Shown: one piece after another, positions 52,040-64,000 of the stretch
How positions within the stretch are numbered: position 1 is the stretch's first letter
Layout of the letters: the number at the start of each line of letters is the position of its first letter
DNA from: Mobula hypostoma
Lineage: Eukaryota
DNA length: 64,000 nt
Direction of reading: 5' to 3'
Assembly: GCF_963921235.1 (NCBI RefSeq)
Contig: NC_086097.1
Location: forward strand, 132,310,001 to 132,374,000
Position numbers and translations under genes: made by a program
Notes under the pieces: generated by a model
Told to the model about the DNA's origin: nothing
Database searches by the model: none
What the model saw: only the letters and a program-made list of their open reading frames with translations

Positions 52040-52242
52040 GACACCAGGGAAAATTTGCACTGGCCAATTAGCCTAACAGTCAGCTCGTTGTTGGGGAAAC
52101 TAACATGGACACAAGGACAAGAACACATGTGGTCATAGGGAGTACAAGCAAACTCCACACAAACGGTGCCAGAGATCAGGTTTAATCTGGAGCTTCGAAG
52201 CTGTGAGGGAGCAGCTCTACCAGCCGCCACCACAATGCTGCC
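52040..52242 (-). mobile_element. V-SINE
   Basis: caaactccacaca (V-domain reverse complement) and gctgtgagggagcagctctacc head. Confidence 0.7.
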
Positions 52243-52327
52243 ACTTCTAGTCCATGATATTATGTGAGTCATCAATGTTGCAGATAAAGTCTATTAATAA
52301 ACCATGGTGATTACATTTCTGATCAAT

Positions 52328-52550
52328 GTAGCCTCCAACCTGATGGCATGAAAATCAATTTCTCTAACTTCTGGTAATTTCTCCCCTTTCTCTCCTTACT
52401 CCTTCATCCTAACTTCTTTTGCGGGTTACTGCCCTTTCACTTCCAGTCCTGATCAAGGGTTTTGGCCCAAATTGCTGACTGTTTATACCTCTCCATAGAT
52501 GCTGCCTGACTCGCAGAGTTCCTACGGCATCCTCCGTGTGTTTATTCTGG
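52328..52550 (+). mobile_element. PLE ORF end and pLTR
   Basis: SLQPDGMKINFSNF followed by a degenerate ribozyme motif. Confidence 0.75.
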
Positions 52551-52787
52551 GGCTGTCAGACCGAGATCTGGTGATGGAGATTTCATGATAAGTTGGTAAA
52601 TTGGTTTATTATTGTCTCATATACCAAGGTACAATGTTAAACTTTATTTTGCATGCCATCTATACAAATCGTTTCATCAGATTAGTACATTGAGGGAGTG
52701 CAAGTGAAAGGCAATAACAGAATGATGAATAAAGTGTTCAAGTTCAAGGTTATTGTTGTTGACCGTACCCACGTACACTTCCAAATA

Positions 52788-53108
52788 GAAACATAGAAAT
52801 CTACAGCACATTACAGGCCCTTCGGCCCACAATGTTATGCTGACCATGTAACCAGAAACATCTAGAATTTCCCTACTGCATAGCCCTCTATTTTTCTAAG
52901 CTCCATGTACCTATCTAAGAGTCTCTTAAAATACCCTATTGTACCCGCCTCTATCACCTTCACTGGCAGTGCATTCCACGCAGCCTCCACTCTCTGTGTG
53001 AAAAACTTACCTCTGACATCCCCCTTGTACCTGCTTCCAAGCACCTTAAAACTATGCCCCTCATGTTAGCTATTTCAGCCCTGGGGAAAAAACCTCTGGC
53101 TATCCACT
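52788..53108 (-). mobile_element. CR1 3' end
   Basis: GKFFTQRV..AWNALP; same subfamily as 49688-50270. Confidence 0.9.
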
Positions 53109-53109
53109 T

Positions 53110-53955
53110 GAAACTACATTCCTCCGGACCCAGGTGCACAACACAGTACGAATAACTCACATACCCAATGTATAAAGTAATATTGCTGCTAGTTAATTAA
53201 TAGATGGTAAGGTGCATTTGTAACACAAGTTAATAAGTAAGCAGTATAACACTATTGGTGCTTCATTTGTGATGAGACTTTAGTTGTGGCAGGGAGTTCA
53301 GTACTCTTACTGCCTGGGGGAAGAAGCTGTTTCCTGTACTAACAGTTCTTGTTCTAATGCTATGTTACCTCCTGCCTGATGGTAAGAGTTCAAAGAGATT
53401 GTTGGATGCAAGGGAGGGTTCACTGACAATGCTAGGGACCCTGTGTATGCAGCAGTCCTGATAAATATCTCCGATGGATAGAAGAGAGACCCCAATGATC
53501 CTCTCAATAGTCCTCGCCATACTTAGTCGGGACTTGCAGTCGGATGTCTTGCAATTCTCGTATCAGATGGTGAAGCAGCTGGTCAGGGCACTCTTGATGG
53601 TGCTCCGGTAAAAATTCGTTAGAATGGTGGGTGGGGGGGAGGTGTCTTCACTCACCTCAATCTCCTCAGGAAGAAGTGGAGACGCTGTTGTGCTTTCATG
53701 ACCAAACAGGTGGTGTTGAGAGACCAGTTGAGATCGCCTGTTATGTGCACTCCTAGAGTCATGGTGTTACTAACTATCTCCACGAAGGAGGTGTGCATGT
53801 ACAGTGTGGAGTGGCCAGTCTGCACGTTCCTAATGTCCACAGTCATCTCTTTGGTCTTGTCCATGTTGAGGCTCAAGTTATTGTGCTTGCATCATTCTGC
53901 TGCATCTCTGTACGCTGTCTCATCTTCGTCATTGTTGATGAGGTCAACCACTGTA
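53110..53955 (-). mobile_element. Rex1/Babar fragment
   Basis: SLNMDKTKEM.VD.R; LGVHIT.DL.WS.NT..LV.KAQQRL.F.LRRL. Confidence 0.85.
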
Positions 53956-55720
53956 GTGGATGTTATTTACTTGGATTTTCAGAAGGTGTTTGAAAGTTGC
54001 CTCACAGGTCGATAGGGTAGTTAAGAAAGCTTATGGGGTGTTAAGTCGAGGGATAGAGTTTAAGAGTCGCGGGGTAATGATGCAGTGCTATAAAACTCTG
54101 GTTAGGCCACACTTGGAGTACTGTGTCCAGTTCTGGTCACCTCACTATAGGAAGGATGTGGAAGCATTGGAAAGGGTACAGAGGAGATTTACCAGTATGC
54201 TGCCTGGTTTAGAGAGTATGCATTATGATCAGAGATTAAGGGAGCTAGGGCTTTACTCTTTGGAGAGAAGGAGGATGAGAGGAGACATGATAGAGGTGTA
54301 CAAGATAATAAGAGGAATAGATAGAGTGGATAGCCAGCGCCTCTTCCCCGGGGCACCACTGCTCAATACAAGAGGACATGGCTTTAAGATAAGGGGTGGG
54401 AAGTTCAAGGGGGATATTAGAGGAAGGTTTTTTACTTAGAGAGTGGTTGGTGCGTGGAATGCACTGCCTGAGTCAGTGGTGGAGGCAGATACACTAGTGA
54501 AGTTTACGAAACTACTAGACAGGTATATGGAGGAATTTAAGGTGGGGGCTTATATGGGAGGCAGGGTTTGAGGGTCAGCACAACATTGTGGGCTGAAGGG
54601 CCTGTACTGTGCTGTACTATTCTATGTTCTATGATATGGTGTCACATATAAGACCACTTAACAAGATAAAATCCAGTGGCGTTACGGGAAAGATACCGGC
54701 ATGGATAGCAGATTGACTGACAGGCAGGAGACAGCAAGTGGGAAAATAAAGGGGGCCTTTTCTGGTTGGCTGCCAGTGACTAGTAGTGTTCCTCAGTGGT
54801 CAGTATTGGGACCACCTTTTCATATAGCTTGTCAATGATTTGGATAATGGAATTAATGATTTTTTGGCAAAGTTTGCAGATGATATGAAGATAGGTGGAA
54901 GCAGCAGAACTTAAAAAAATTGGAAGAATGAGCAAAAAATGTGGTACATGGAATGCAATGTTGGAAAATGTATGATAATACATTTTGGTAAAAGGAACAA
55001 TAGTGCAGACTGTTATTGAAATGGGGAGAAGGTTCAAATATCAGAGGTGCAGAGGGTCTTAGGAATTCTTGTGCAAGATTCCAGAAGGTTAATTTACAGG
55101 TTGAGTCTGTGGTAAAGAAGGCAAATGCAATGCTGGCATTTATTTCAAGGGGAATCGAATATAAAAGCAAGGAGAGAATGCTGGGGTTTAATAAGACATT
55201 AGTCAGGTCTTGGAGTATAGTCAACAGTTTTTGGCTCCATATCTCAGAAGTGATGTGCTGCCAGGGGTTAAGGTATGAGGAGCATTTGGCAGCTTTGGGC
55301 CTGTATTCACTGGAATTTAGAAGAATGCGGAGGAATCTTATTGAAACCTACCGAATGTTGAAAGGTCTAGATAAGGTGGATGTGGAGAGGATGTTTCCTA
55401 TGGTGGGGGTATCCATAACTAGAGGGCACAGCCTCAAAATTGAGGAGCACCCTTTTAGTACAGAGGTAAGGAAATCTTTCTTTTTAGCAGAGAGTAGTGA
55501 ATCTGTGGAATTTTCTGCCACAGACTCATGTGGAGGCAAAGTCCATGGGTATATTTAAGGTGGAATTTGATCATTTCCTTATCAGTCAAGGCATCAAAGG
55601 ATATGGTGGGAAGGCAGTTGTAAGGAGTTGAGTGGGATCTGGGATCAGCCATAATGGAATAGCAGAGCAGATTCGATGGGCTGAATGGCTTAATCCTGCT
55701 TCTATATCTTATGGTCTTAC
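53956..55720 (+). mobile_element. CR1 RT fragment with a young CR1 nested at 53990-54631
   Basis: DVIYLDFQK.F is interrupted and resumes at ~54632; the inner copy has RPHLEYCVQFWSPHYRKD and its own tail. Confidence 0.9.
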
Positions 55721-56691
55721 TACTGACTCGACCTGCAAGTAAAACTTTAGGGAATCATGCACCAGGACTCCCAAGTATCTTGCACCTCTGAATTCTGAAT
55801 TTGTTCCCCATTCAGAAAATAGTCTATGTCTTTACTTCTTTTACCAAAGTGCTTGACCATACACATCCCTACACTATATTGTTGGCATCATGGTAGGGAC
55901 AGGTCCTGCACTGTGCTGTCCTATGTTCTAACTTCTAGGATTCTCAAGCTACTTAGCTTCAGAGCAGGAAAGAGTGACCAATACGTGGGGGCCTTGCCAC
56001 AGCTGTGCATATCTCCAAAGCTTAGTGTTTAGACGGTGCAAGGCAAAAAGTAAATTGCACTAAAATGATTTTTTTAAGAGTCTGTAGATAAGTGTAACTG
56101 CTTTTTAAAAATTAATGTGGTGTGTTTTTTTAAGTAAATTCTACTTTGAATAAGATGTAAAACACTATCCTAGTGTTTGAACAACATGTAAATATATTAT
56201 ATGTTTTAAATGCACAAATGTTATAAATTGTTTATTAGTTATAGATTTAAATTACAGTTGCATAATCCATTTAGAATTAGCATGAGCTATAATTATATCA
56301 TTAACATACATAAATATATAAAGAATATTATACTGTACCTATTGGGAATTTTTAAAAAATTTAATATCATAGTTAATGGAGTTTTAACCAGAACATTATA
56401 TCTCTATTTCGTTTAATGTTACATAACACATAGTTATAACTGAAATGGAGAAATCACTCTGCATCACCTCTGCCATTGCATGAATAATGCTTATTTTGTT
56501 ATATTTTAAATCTAGCAGAAAAAATGTTAAAGAATACCTGAGCTCTTTAAAACACCAGTTTTGAATATTTGTCAATGTTACTTCAACATTATCTCTTCCA
56601 CAGTATTCTTCCACATTAACTCTATTATCTATAAGGGTTAAGAAAATTATTTCGCTATCTTTCATGCTTCTGCAGCTCCTGTAGCGAAGAA

Positions 56692-56945
56692 AACTGTGGC
56701 TTATTCGGTGATGCTGTGGCCTCTGAGTATGAGAGGTTGTAGGTTCAAGTGCCAATTGATTGTGTCAAGCATTAGATCTTAGGTCAATGCTTTGATGAAA
56801 TACTGAGAGAGTGTTGCTTTGTTGGAGGTATATCTTTCAGATGGAACCTTAAACCAAATCATTATCTAGCCTCTCGGGTGGATGTGAAATGTCTTTGGCA
56901 CCAATATGATAAAGAATAAGGGAGGGAAAAAAGATCTAGTCTTTC
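56692..56945 (+). mobile_element. Deu-SINE-like repeat
   Basis: tRNA-like head with ggttcaagt; tactgagagagtgttgc...ggaggt..tctttcagatg. Confidence 0.6.
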
Positions 56946-56949
56946 CCAG

Positions 56950-57188
56950 CATATACGATGAATAAACTCTTCTCAGGCCTCAAGCCGGGTATAGGTATCG
57001 ATTATAACCGACGTTTCAGTGACAAACTTTGCCATCATATTCAGGGATAATGTCTGGGCATGTCTAGTGGGTGGTATTCATAACCCTGTATTCCATCCCT
57101 CCTGATTGGTTAGTCATTATCCAATCAGGTTTTCGCTCTCCCACCTTGTTTACTGTCGAATTTCATTTGTTACTTAGAGTGAGACCTT
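56950..57188 (-). mobile_element. Third PLE family: 3' end with mutated hammerhead motif
   Basis: Minus strand ccCTGAATAtgatggcaaagtttgtcactGAAACGTCgg at ~57008-57046. Confidence 0.65.
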
Positions 57189-57929
57189 AAAAAGGGAGCA
57201 ATGCTAAGTATGCAGCTACTTTCCTACAATAATCAGGTTGTTGAATTGACCTGCACAACCTTACCCCTACCGCAGTAACACAGCACTTCGGACCACCTCT
57301 TGCGCTGCCATGGATTTTGTGTGTTTTTCCCTAATGTCTTCTTTTGCACAGACCTTTCTTTCTTCATTGTGTTTTATATAATTTATGCATAACTTATGTT
57401 CTGTGTGTTGTCTGCCTGTGATGCTCCTGCAAGATGATTTCCATTGAACCTGTGCATACGTGCTCTTGTGCATTTGATGATGAACTCAACTTTCACAGTA
57501 TGTTGATTTTGAATCATTCAATCTTCACTTAATTATCTTCTCTGCTAACTCAACAGAGGCTTGCTCCAGTTGGAGTAAGGGGCTTACACCAAGGCTTTTG
57601 GGTCATGGTGATCCCACGACATCTTGTCATTTGAATCGCCTGCTCTTAATTGAACAGACTTTGGCTTGTTGAAGGTAAACATGTGCTTTATCACCAGCAC
57701 TTCAAAGTGCAGCCAAAGCAGTATTTTGAAATACATTCACTGTTGTAGCTTAATAGATATAGCAACCAATTCTCGCACAGCAAGCTCTCAGAAACAGAGA
57801 CACCAGATAACCTTTAATTAAGCTGATTACAAGATAACTATTGGTCAGAAAATGAGGAATAGGTTTTTTTTTGTTCTTCCTCTAAGGAGTTGGCAGAGAA
57901 TCCTTTGGATCCACAAAGAGGGAGACTTT

Positions 57930-58235
57930 GGCACGACATAGTGGTGCAGCTGTGGTGGTGCTGCTGCCTCACAGTGTCAAAGGCGAGACTGGTCCTGATC
58001 TTGGCTTCTGCCTGTGTGGTTTCGTCCTCATCCCAAAGGCATGCGGATTGGTAGGTTAATTGTCGGCAGTAAATTGCTCCTATTATGTAGGTGAGTGGTA
58101 GAATGTTGGGGGTGGGAGCAGAACTGAGGAGAATAAGATGGTGTAAATATAGAATTCATGTAAATGGATGTTTGAAGGTCAGTTCAGACGTAATGAACCA
58201 AAGGACCTGTTCCCTGCTGTAACTCTCTATGACTT
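57930..58235 (+). mobile_element. V-SINE with CR1-like tail
   Basis: gctgctgcctcacag head; ggtaggttaattg; ctatgact tail. Confidence 0.65.
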
Positions 58236-59075
58236 TAAAATAATTCTGATGGACAACAGTTTCTCCAGTCCAATGCCTAAGGATCAGGCCAGACAAGCCT
58301 AAATCATTCTCCTCAAGGTTCTGAAGTAAACCCAGAACCTTGGCTATTGGATATAGTTAAATGAGGTGCCCTCCATAACTGAATAGAGCTGACAAGCTGG
58401 AAATACATTTGTGTAGAATGTTGCACACTATTGGAAACGGTGGCTGGTAATAAACATACAGTAGCGTATAAGGAAACAGTACTCGCTGGTTGAAATTCAA
58501 GTCCATTGTTGAGAGCCAGGCCACAATGCAGAATGTGATGGCAACAGCAGCATCAGGCAGAAATGGTCATCTTGGCAATGTTATTGCCCTGTTGGTAAAC
58601 AGCGAGAGACAGAGAGAAAGCAAATTTAAAAGAAGAGTAAAAATTGAGCCAATTTTACTATATTTTATCCCACCACAAGAAAATTGGTAATTTGATAATT
58701 TAGTTTACATTTGTCACATATACTGGGGTACATCAAAAAGCTTGGTTTTGTATTTTATCCATACAGATCATTTCATTACAACAGTGCATTGAGCTAGTAC
58801 AAGATAAACAATAACAGAATGCAGAATAATGTGTTACAGCTACAGAGAAAATGCAGTGCAGGCAGACAATAAGGTGCATGGCCATAACAAGGTAGATTTT
58901 GGGGTCAAGAGCCGATCATATTGTACGAGGGAGCTGTTTAATAGTTGTATAATAGTGGGTGTCTATATGGTTGGATGAGGAAAGACTATTGATGATGTTC
59001 TGTATAAAGTTCTCAATCACTCAACTCAGCACAATTCACATGCACAGCCCAGCCCCTTTCCTGAAGTCAATGACC

Positions 59076-59448
59076 TGTGACAGTATGCACCTGACCATGC
59101 CAGCTCCAGAGTTTAGACATTCTGATTTTCTGGGGTAGGCATTGTTAGTGCAGTCACTTTTAAAATTCTGGCCTGCTCCACTAATTGGCAGACATGTTTT
59201 GGCACCAAAATTTGGATATTTAAAGAGTAGCTGAACTCAGGTCAATCGTCAGCTCAACTTTGGTTCAGTCTGCAATTGTAATTAGGCTTTCTGCCTCATT
59301 AGGATTCTCGTCTAGTCTTGTCAGGTTCTGATCGAGCATCTAATCAAGGACCCTGTTCTCATCTCAGTCTCGATATCATGTCTCAATTGTAGACTCGGAC
59401 GCTCTGGCACTAGGGTCCATACCATCCTTGGCTAGACCTCTCGTCACA
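59076..59448. mobile_element. Putative solo LTR (373 bp)
   Basis: TGTGAC...GTCACA termini; 5-bp direct repeat tgacc at 59071-59075 and 59449-59453. Confidence 0.65.
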
Positions 59449-59924
59449 TGACCCAGACTTTTGAAATGTGTTCGATAAGGAAAAACTGCTTCAGAAGTTT
59501 GCCAAAGACCTGACCACTTGGAAGACTTAGAGGCTACCTCTTAAAACAAAAGGTCCATGCATTGAATATAATTTACATCTTTTTGATATATTTGATTGAA
59601 TCACGATGTCCTGCACACATCAAAAGTTGTGATTAAATGGCTGCTGCTTATTTCGATTTACTCTTTTTGAAGTTTTTAAATTAGTAATTGAATCCCTCAT
59701 CACTAAATGATTGATTACACAATAATTCACTGCAGAGGTTTGTTTCACTGTCAGGGCACACAAAGAGAAATCTCATAAATTCTTACAAATGGAAAAAGGA
59801 AGATCAAGGTAATGAATAATAGAGAAGTAGTAAACATTGTGGAGGGCAACTTTCTTGAACAACTGCAGTTAACAAACTGAACGTGCACCTGAAGTACCAC
59901 TCTGGACTTTAGATCAAATAGTAA

Positions 59925-60200
59925 ACAAGCAATGGTAGTATCTTGTGTAGTCTGGGGAGTGTGGGTGCTGTAGATATTGGTATTCCTGTATACACTTTTG
60001 TACATGTTACACTTGGCTTCTTTGAGTTTGGAAGATGATTTCTACATAACTTTGAAGAGTGACCATGGTGTGGTTTGTGGACTGGTGGTGGAGGCAATGA
60101 ACAGACTGGGTAGTTGAGGAACTGTCAGTCAAGTGTGCTGCTTTGTCCTGAATGGTGATAAGTTTCCCAAGGGTTGTGGGAGCTGCATTGATGTAGAGGA
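59925..60200 (-). mobile_element. Old L2/CR1-group LINE 3' fragment
   Basis: AAPTTL.KL.TIQDKAA.L...ST...HCLHH. Confidence 0.55.
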
Positions 60201-60259
60201 GGATGGAGAGTGATGTTACAGAAGTGCATAATACAAGTGTATAAATAGGATGAATATGC

Positions 60260-61220
60260 ACAGTCTGCTAAACAAGATTGGAGCCCATGGTATTACAGAA
60301 AACGTAGTAGCCTGGATAGAAGATTGGTGAATTGGCAGGAGGCAAACAGTGGGAATAAAGTGGGCCTTTTCTGGTTGGCTGCCGGTGACTTGTTGTATTG
60401 TGTAGGGATTGGAGTTGGAACCACTTCTTTTCACATAATATGAAAACGATTTAATGACAGAATGGATGGCTTTGTGTCCAAGTTTGCAGATGATACAAAG
60501 ATAGGTGAAGGGGCAGGTAGTTTTGAGGAAGCAGAGAATCTACAGAATGACTTAGATCAAGGATTCCCAACCTGAGGCCAATAGAACCCTTGATTAACGT
60601 TTGGGGTCCATGGCGTAAAAAAGGTTGTGAGCCCCTGACTTACATTAGGAGAATGAGCAAAGAAGTGGCAGATGGAATACAGTGTAGGAAAATATATGGT
60701 CAAGTTATGGCTTTCTAAACAGGGAACAGATTCAGAAATCAGAGGTACAAAGGGGCTTGGGAGCCTTCGTGCAAGATTCCCTAAAGATAAACTTGCAGGT
60801 TGAATTGGTGGTATTGAGCCAAATGCAATGTTATGCATTCATTTCGAGAGAACCAGAATATAAAAGCAAATATGTAAAGCTGAGGCTTTATAAAGCATTG
60901 ATCAGACCGCAGTTGGAGTATGGTGAGCAGTTTTAGGCCCCTGATCTACTGAAGAAGGTGCTGGCAAAGGAGAGGGTACAGAGGAGGTTCTTGAAAATGA
61001 TCCAGAGATTGAAAGAGTTAATGTGTGAGAAATGATTGATGGCACTGGGCCTATACTGACTGGAGTTTAGAAGAACAGTGTGGATCTCATTGAAATGTAT
61101 TGAATATTGAAAGGCCTTTAGGATTTCCTAAAGGTTAAATTGGTAGTAAGGAAGGCAAATGCAATGTTAGCATTCATTTCTCGAGGACTGGAATATAAAA
61201 GCAAGGATGTAAAGCTGAGG
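60260..61220 (+). mobile_element. Decayed CR1 RT fragment(s)
   Basis: [29 protein letters not shown]. Sequence at 61120-61225 re-covers ~60775-60895. Confidence 0.85.
60558..60637. mobile_element. 80-bp hAT (Charlie-like) MITE
   Basis: Imperfect TIRs caaggattcccaacc / ggttgtgagcccctg; 8-bp TSD acttagat / acttacat. Confidence 0.8.
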
Positions 61221-61221
61221 T

Positions 61222-64000
61222 TTATAAGAAATAATGTGGATGAGCTTGAGGCTCAGTTGGAAACTAGCAAGTATGATGTGGGAATAACAGAGACATGGCT
61301 GCAAGAGGACCAGGGCTGGGAAATTAATATTCAGGGGATATATCCTATCGAAAGGACAGACAGTTGGCTGAAGGGGTGGGGTGGCTCTGTTGGTGAGGAA
61401 TGAAATTCAGTCACTTGCGAGAGGAGACATAGAATCAGGAGATGTAGAGTCAGTATGGATAGAACTGAGAAACTGTAAGGGCAAAAAGACCCTGATGGGA
61501 GTTATCTACAGGCCCCCAAACAGTAGCCTGGATATAGGGTGCAAGTTAAATCAAGAGTTAAAATTGGCATGTTGCAAGGGTAATACTACGGTTGTTATAG
61601 GGGATTTCAACATGCAGGTAGACTGGGAAAATCTGGTTGGTACTGGACCCCAAGAAAGGGAGTTTGTGGAATGCCTCAGAGATCGATTCTTAGAGCAGCT
61701 TGTATTAGAGCCTACCAGGGAGAAGGCAATCCTGGATTTAGTGTTGTGTAATGAGCCAGATTTGATAAGGAGACTCGAGGTGAAGGAGCCATTAGGAGAT
61801 AGTGACCACAATATGATAAATTTTAATCTACAATTTGAGAGGGAGAAGGGAAAATCAGAAGTGTCAGTATTACAGTTGAAAAAAGGGGACTATGGACCCA
61901 TGAGGTAGGAGCTGGCCAATGTTGACTGGGAAGATACCCTAGCAAGGATGACAGTGGAACAACAATGGCAGGTATTTCTGGGAATAATACAGAAGGTGCA
62001 GGAGCAGTTCATTCCAAAGAGGAAGAAAGATTCTAAGGGGAATAAGGGGCGACCGTGGATGACAAGGGAAGTCAAGGACAGTATAAAAATAAAAGAGAGG
62101 AAGTATAACATAGCAAGGATGAGCGGGAAGCCTGAGGATTGGGAGACTTTTAAGGAGCAACAGAAGATAACTGGAAAGGCAATACGGGGGGGAAAGATGA
62201 GGTACGAAGGTAAGCTAGCCATGAATATAAAGGAGGATAGTAAAAGCTTCTTTAGGTATGTGAAGAGGAAAAAATTAGTTAAGACCAAAGTTGGGCCCTT
62301 GAGGACAGAAACGGGTGAAATTATTATGGGGAACAAGGAAATGGCAGACGAGCTGAACAGGTACTTTGGATCTGTCTTCACTAGGGAAGACACAAACAAT
62401 CTTGCAGATATAATAGTGGCCAGAGGACCTAGGGTAACGGAGGAACTGAAGGAAATTCGCATTAGGTGGAAAATGGTGTTGGGCAAACTGATGGACCTGA
62501 AGGCTGATAAATCCCCAGAGCCTGATGGTCTGCATTCCAGGGTACTTAAGGAGGTGGCTCTAGAAATCGTGGATGCATTGGTAATCATTTTCCAATGTTC
62601 TATAGATTCAAGATCAGTTCCTGCGGATTGGAGGGTAGGCTAATGTTATCCCAATTTTTAAGAAAGGAGGGAGAGAGAAAACAGGCGATGATAGACCAGT
62701 TAGTCTGATATCAGTGGTGGGGAAGATGCTGGAGTCAATTATAAAGGATGAAATAGCAGCATCTTTGGATAGTAGTAACAGGATCGGTCCGAGTCAGCAT
62801 GGATTTACGAAGGGGAAATCATGCTTGACTAACCTTCTGGAATTTTTTGAGGATGTAACTATGAGAATGGACATGGGAAAGCCAGTGGATGTAGTGTACC
62901 TGGACTTTCAGAAAGCCTTTGATAAGGTCCCACATAGGAGGTTAGCGGGCAAAATTAGAGCACATGGTATTGGGGGTAGGGTACTGACATGGATAGAAAA
63001 GTGGTTGGAGAACAGGAAACAAAGAGTAGGGATTAACGGGTCCCTTTCAGAATGGCAGGCAGTGACTAGTGGTGTACCGCAAGGCTTGGTGCTGGGAGTG
63101 CAGTTATTTATAATATATATTAATGATTTAGATGAAGGGATTAAAAGTAACATTAGCAAATTTGCAGATGACACAAAGCTGGGTGACTGTGAAATGTGAG
63201 GAGGACGTTATGAGAATGCAGGGTGACTTAGACAGGTTGGGTGAGTGGGCAGATGCAGTTTAATGTGGATAAATGTGAGGTTATCCACTTTGGTGGCAAA
63301 AACAGGAAGGCAGATTACTATCTGAATGGTGTCAAGTTAGGAAAAGGGGAAGTAGAACGAGATCTGGGTGTCCTTGTTCATCAGTCACTGAGAGGAAGCA
63401 TACAGGTACAGCAGGCAGTGAAGAAAGCTAATGGCATGTTGGCCTTCTTAACAAGGGGAGTTGAGTATAGGAGCAAAGAGGTCCTTCTGCAGTTGTACAA
63501 GGCCCTGGTGAGACTCCACCTGGAGTATTGTGTGCAGTTTTGATCTCCAAATTTGAGGAAGGACATTCTTGCTATGGAGGGAGTGCAGCATAGATTCACT
63601 GAGTTAGTTCCAGGGATGGTGGGAATGTCATATGTTGAAAGATTGGAGTAACCGGGCTTGTATAAACTGGAATTTAGAAGGATGAGAGGGGATCTGATTG
63701 AAACATATAAGATTATTAAAGGATTAGACACGCTAGAGGCAGGAAACATGTTCCTGATGTTGGGGGAGTTCAGAACCAGAGACTACAGTTTAAGAATAAG
63801 GGATGGACCATTTAGAATGGAGTTGAGGAAAAACTTTTTCACACAGAGGGTTGTGGATCTGTGGATGCTCTGCCTCAGAAGGCAGTGGAGGCCAATTCTC
63901 TGGATTCTTTCAAGAAAGAGTTAGATAGAGCTCTTAAAAATAGCAGAGTCAATGGATACGGGGAGAAGGCAGGAACAGGGTACTGATTGTGGGTGATCAG
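61222..64000 (+). mobile_element. CR1 ORF2, nearly complete (EN + RT), disrupted
   Basis: [66 protein letters not shown]; several stops and frameshifts. Confidence 0.95.

Noticed and set aside
61890..62588. 232-aa minus-strand ORF and similar antisense ORFs
   Set aside because: Antisense shadows of CR1 ORF2.
61222..64000. Active CR1
   Set aside because: Stops and frameshifts break ORF2 into pieces, and there is no ORF1.

Overview
Repeat-dense vertebrate genomic DNA, most likely from a cartilaginous fish (ray or shark). That inference rests on the mix of CR1 LINEs, V-/Deu-SINEs, Rex1/Babar elements and Penelope-like elements (PLEs). I recognised no host protein-coding gene, rRNA, tRNA gene or CRISPR array. 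Nearly all informative ORFs are decayed retrotransposon fragments or their antisense shadows. Family names were assigned from remembered motifs, not database searches. Main observations: (1) Several TSD-flanked, fold-back PLE insertions share a 'tail-less inverted pLTR + tailed pLTR' design, and some carry intact minimal hammerhead ribozyme cores. (2) A ~2.25 kb inversion scrambled a full-length CR1 that contained a nested PLE, and the original can be rebuilt from the sequence. (3) An RTE insertion has a twin-priming-type 5' inversion and a 13-bp TSD. (4) Two solo LTRs have 4-bp and 5-bp TSDs. (5) An 80-bp hAT MITE is present. (6) There are non-coding retroposons, one with a YY1-motif head. 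A few unique islands may hold enhancers, a CTCF site or exons, but the evidence is weak. I cannot claim a new biological system; the PLE-ribozyme hairpins are the best candidate.
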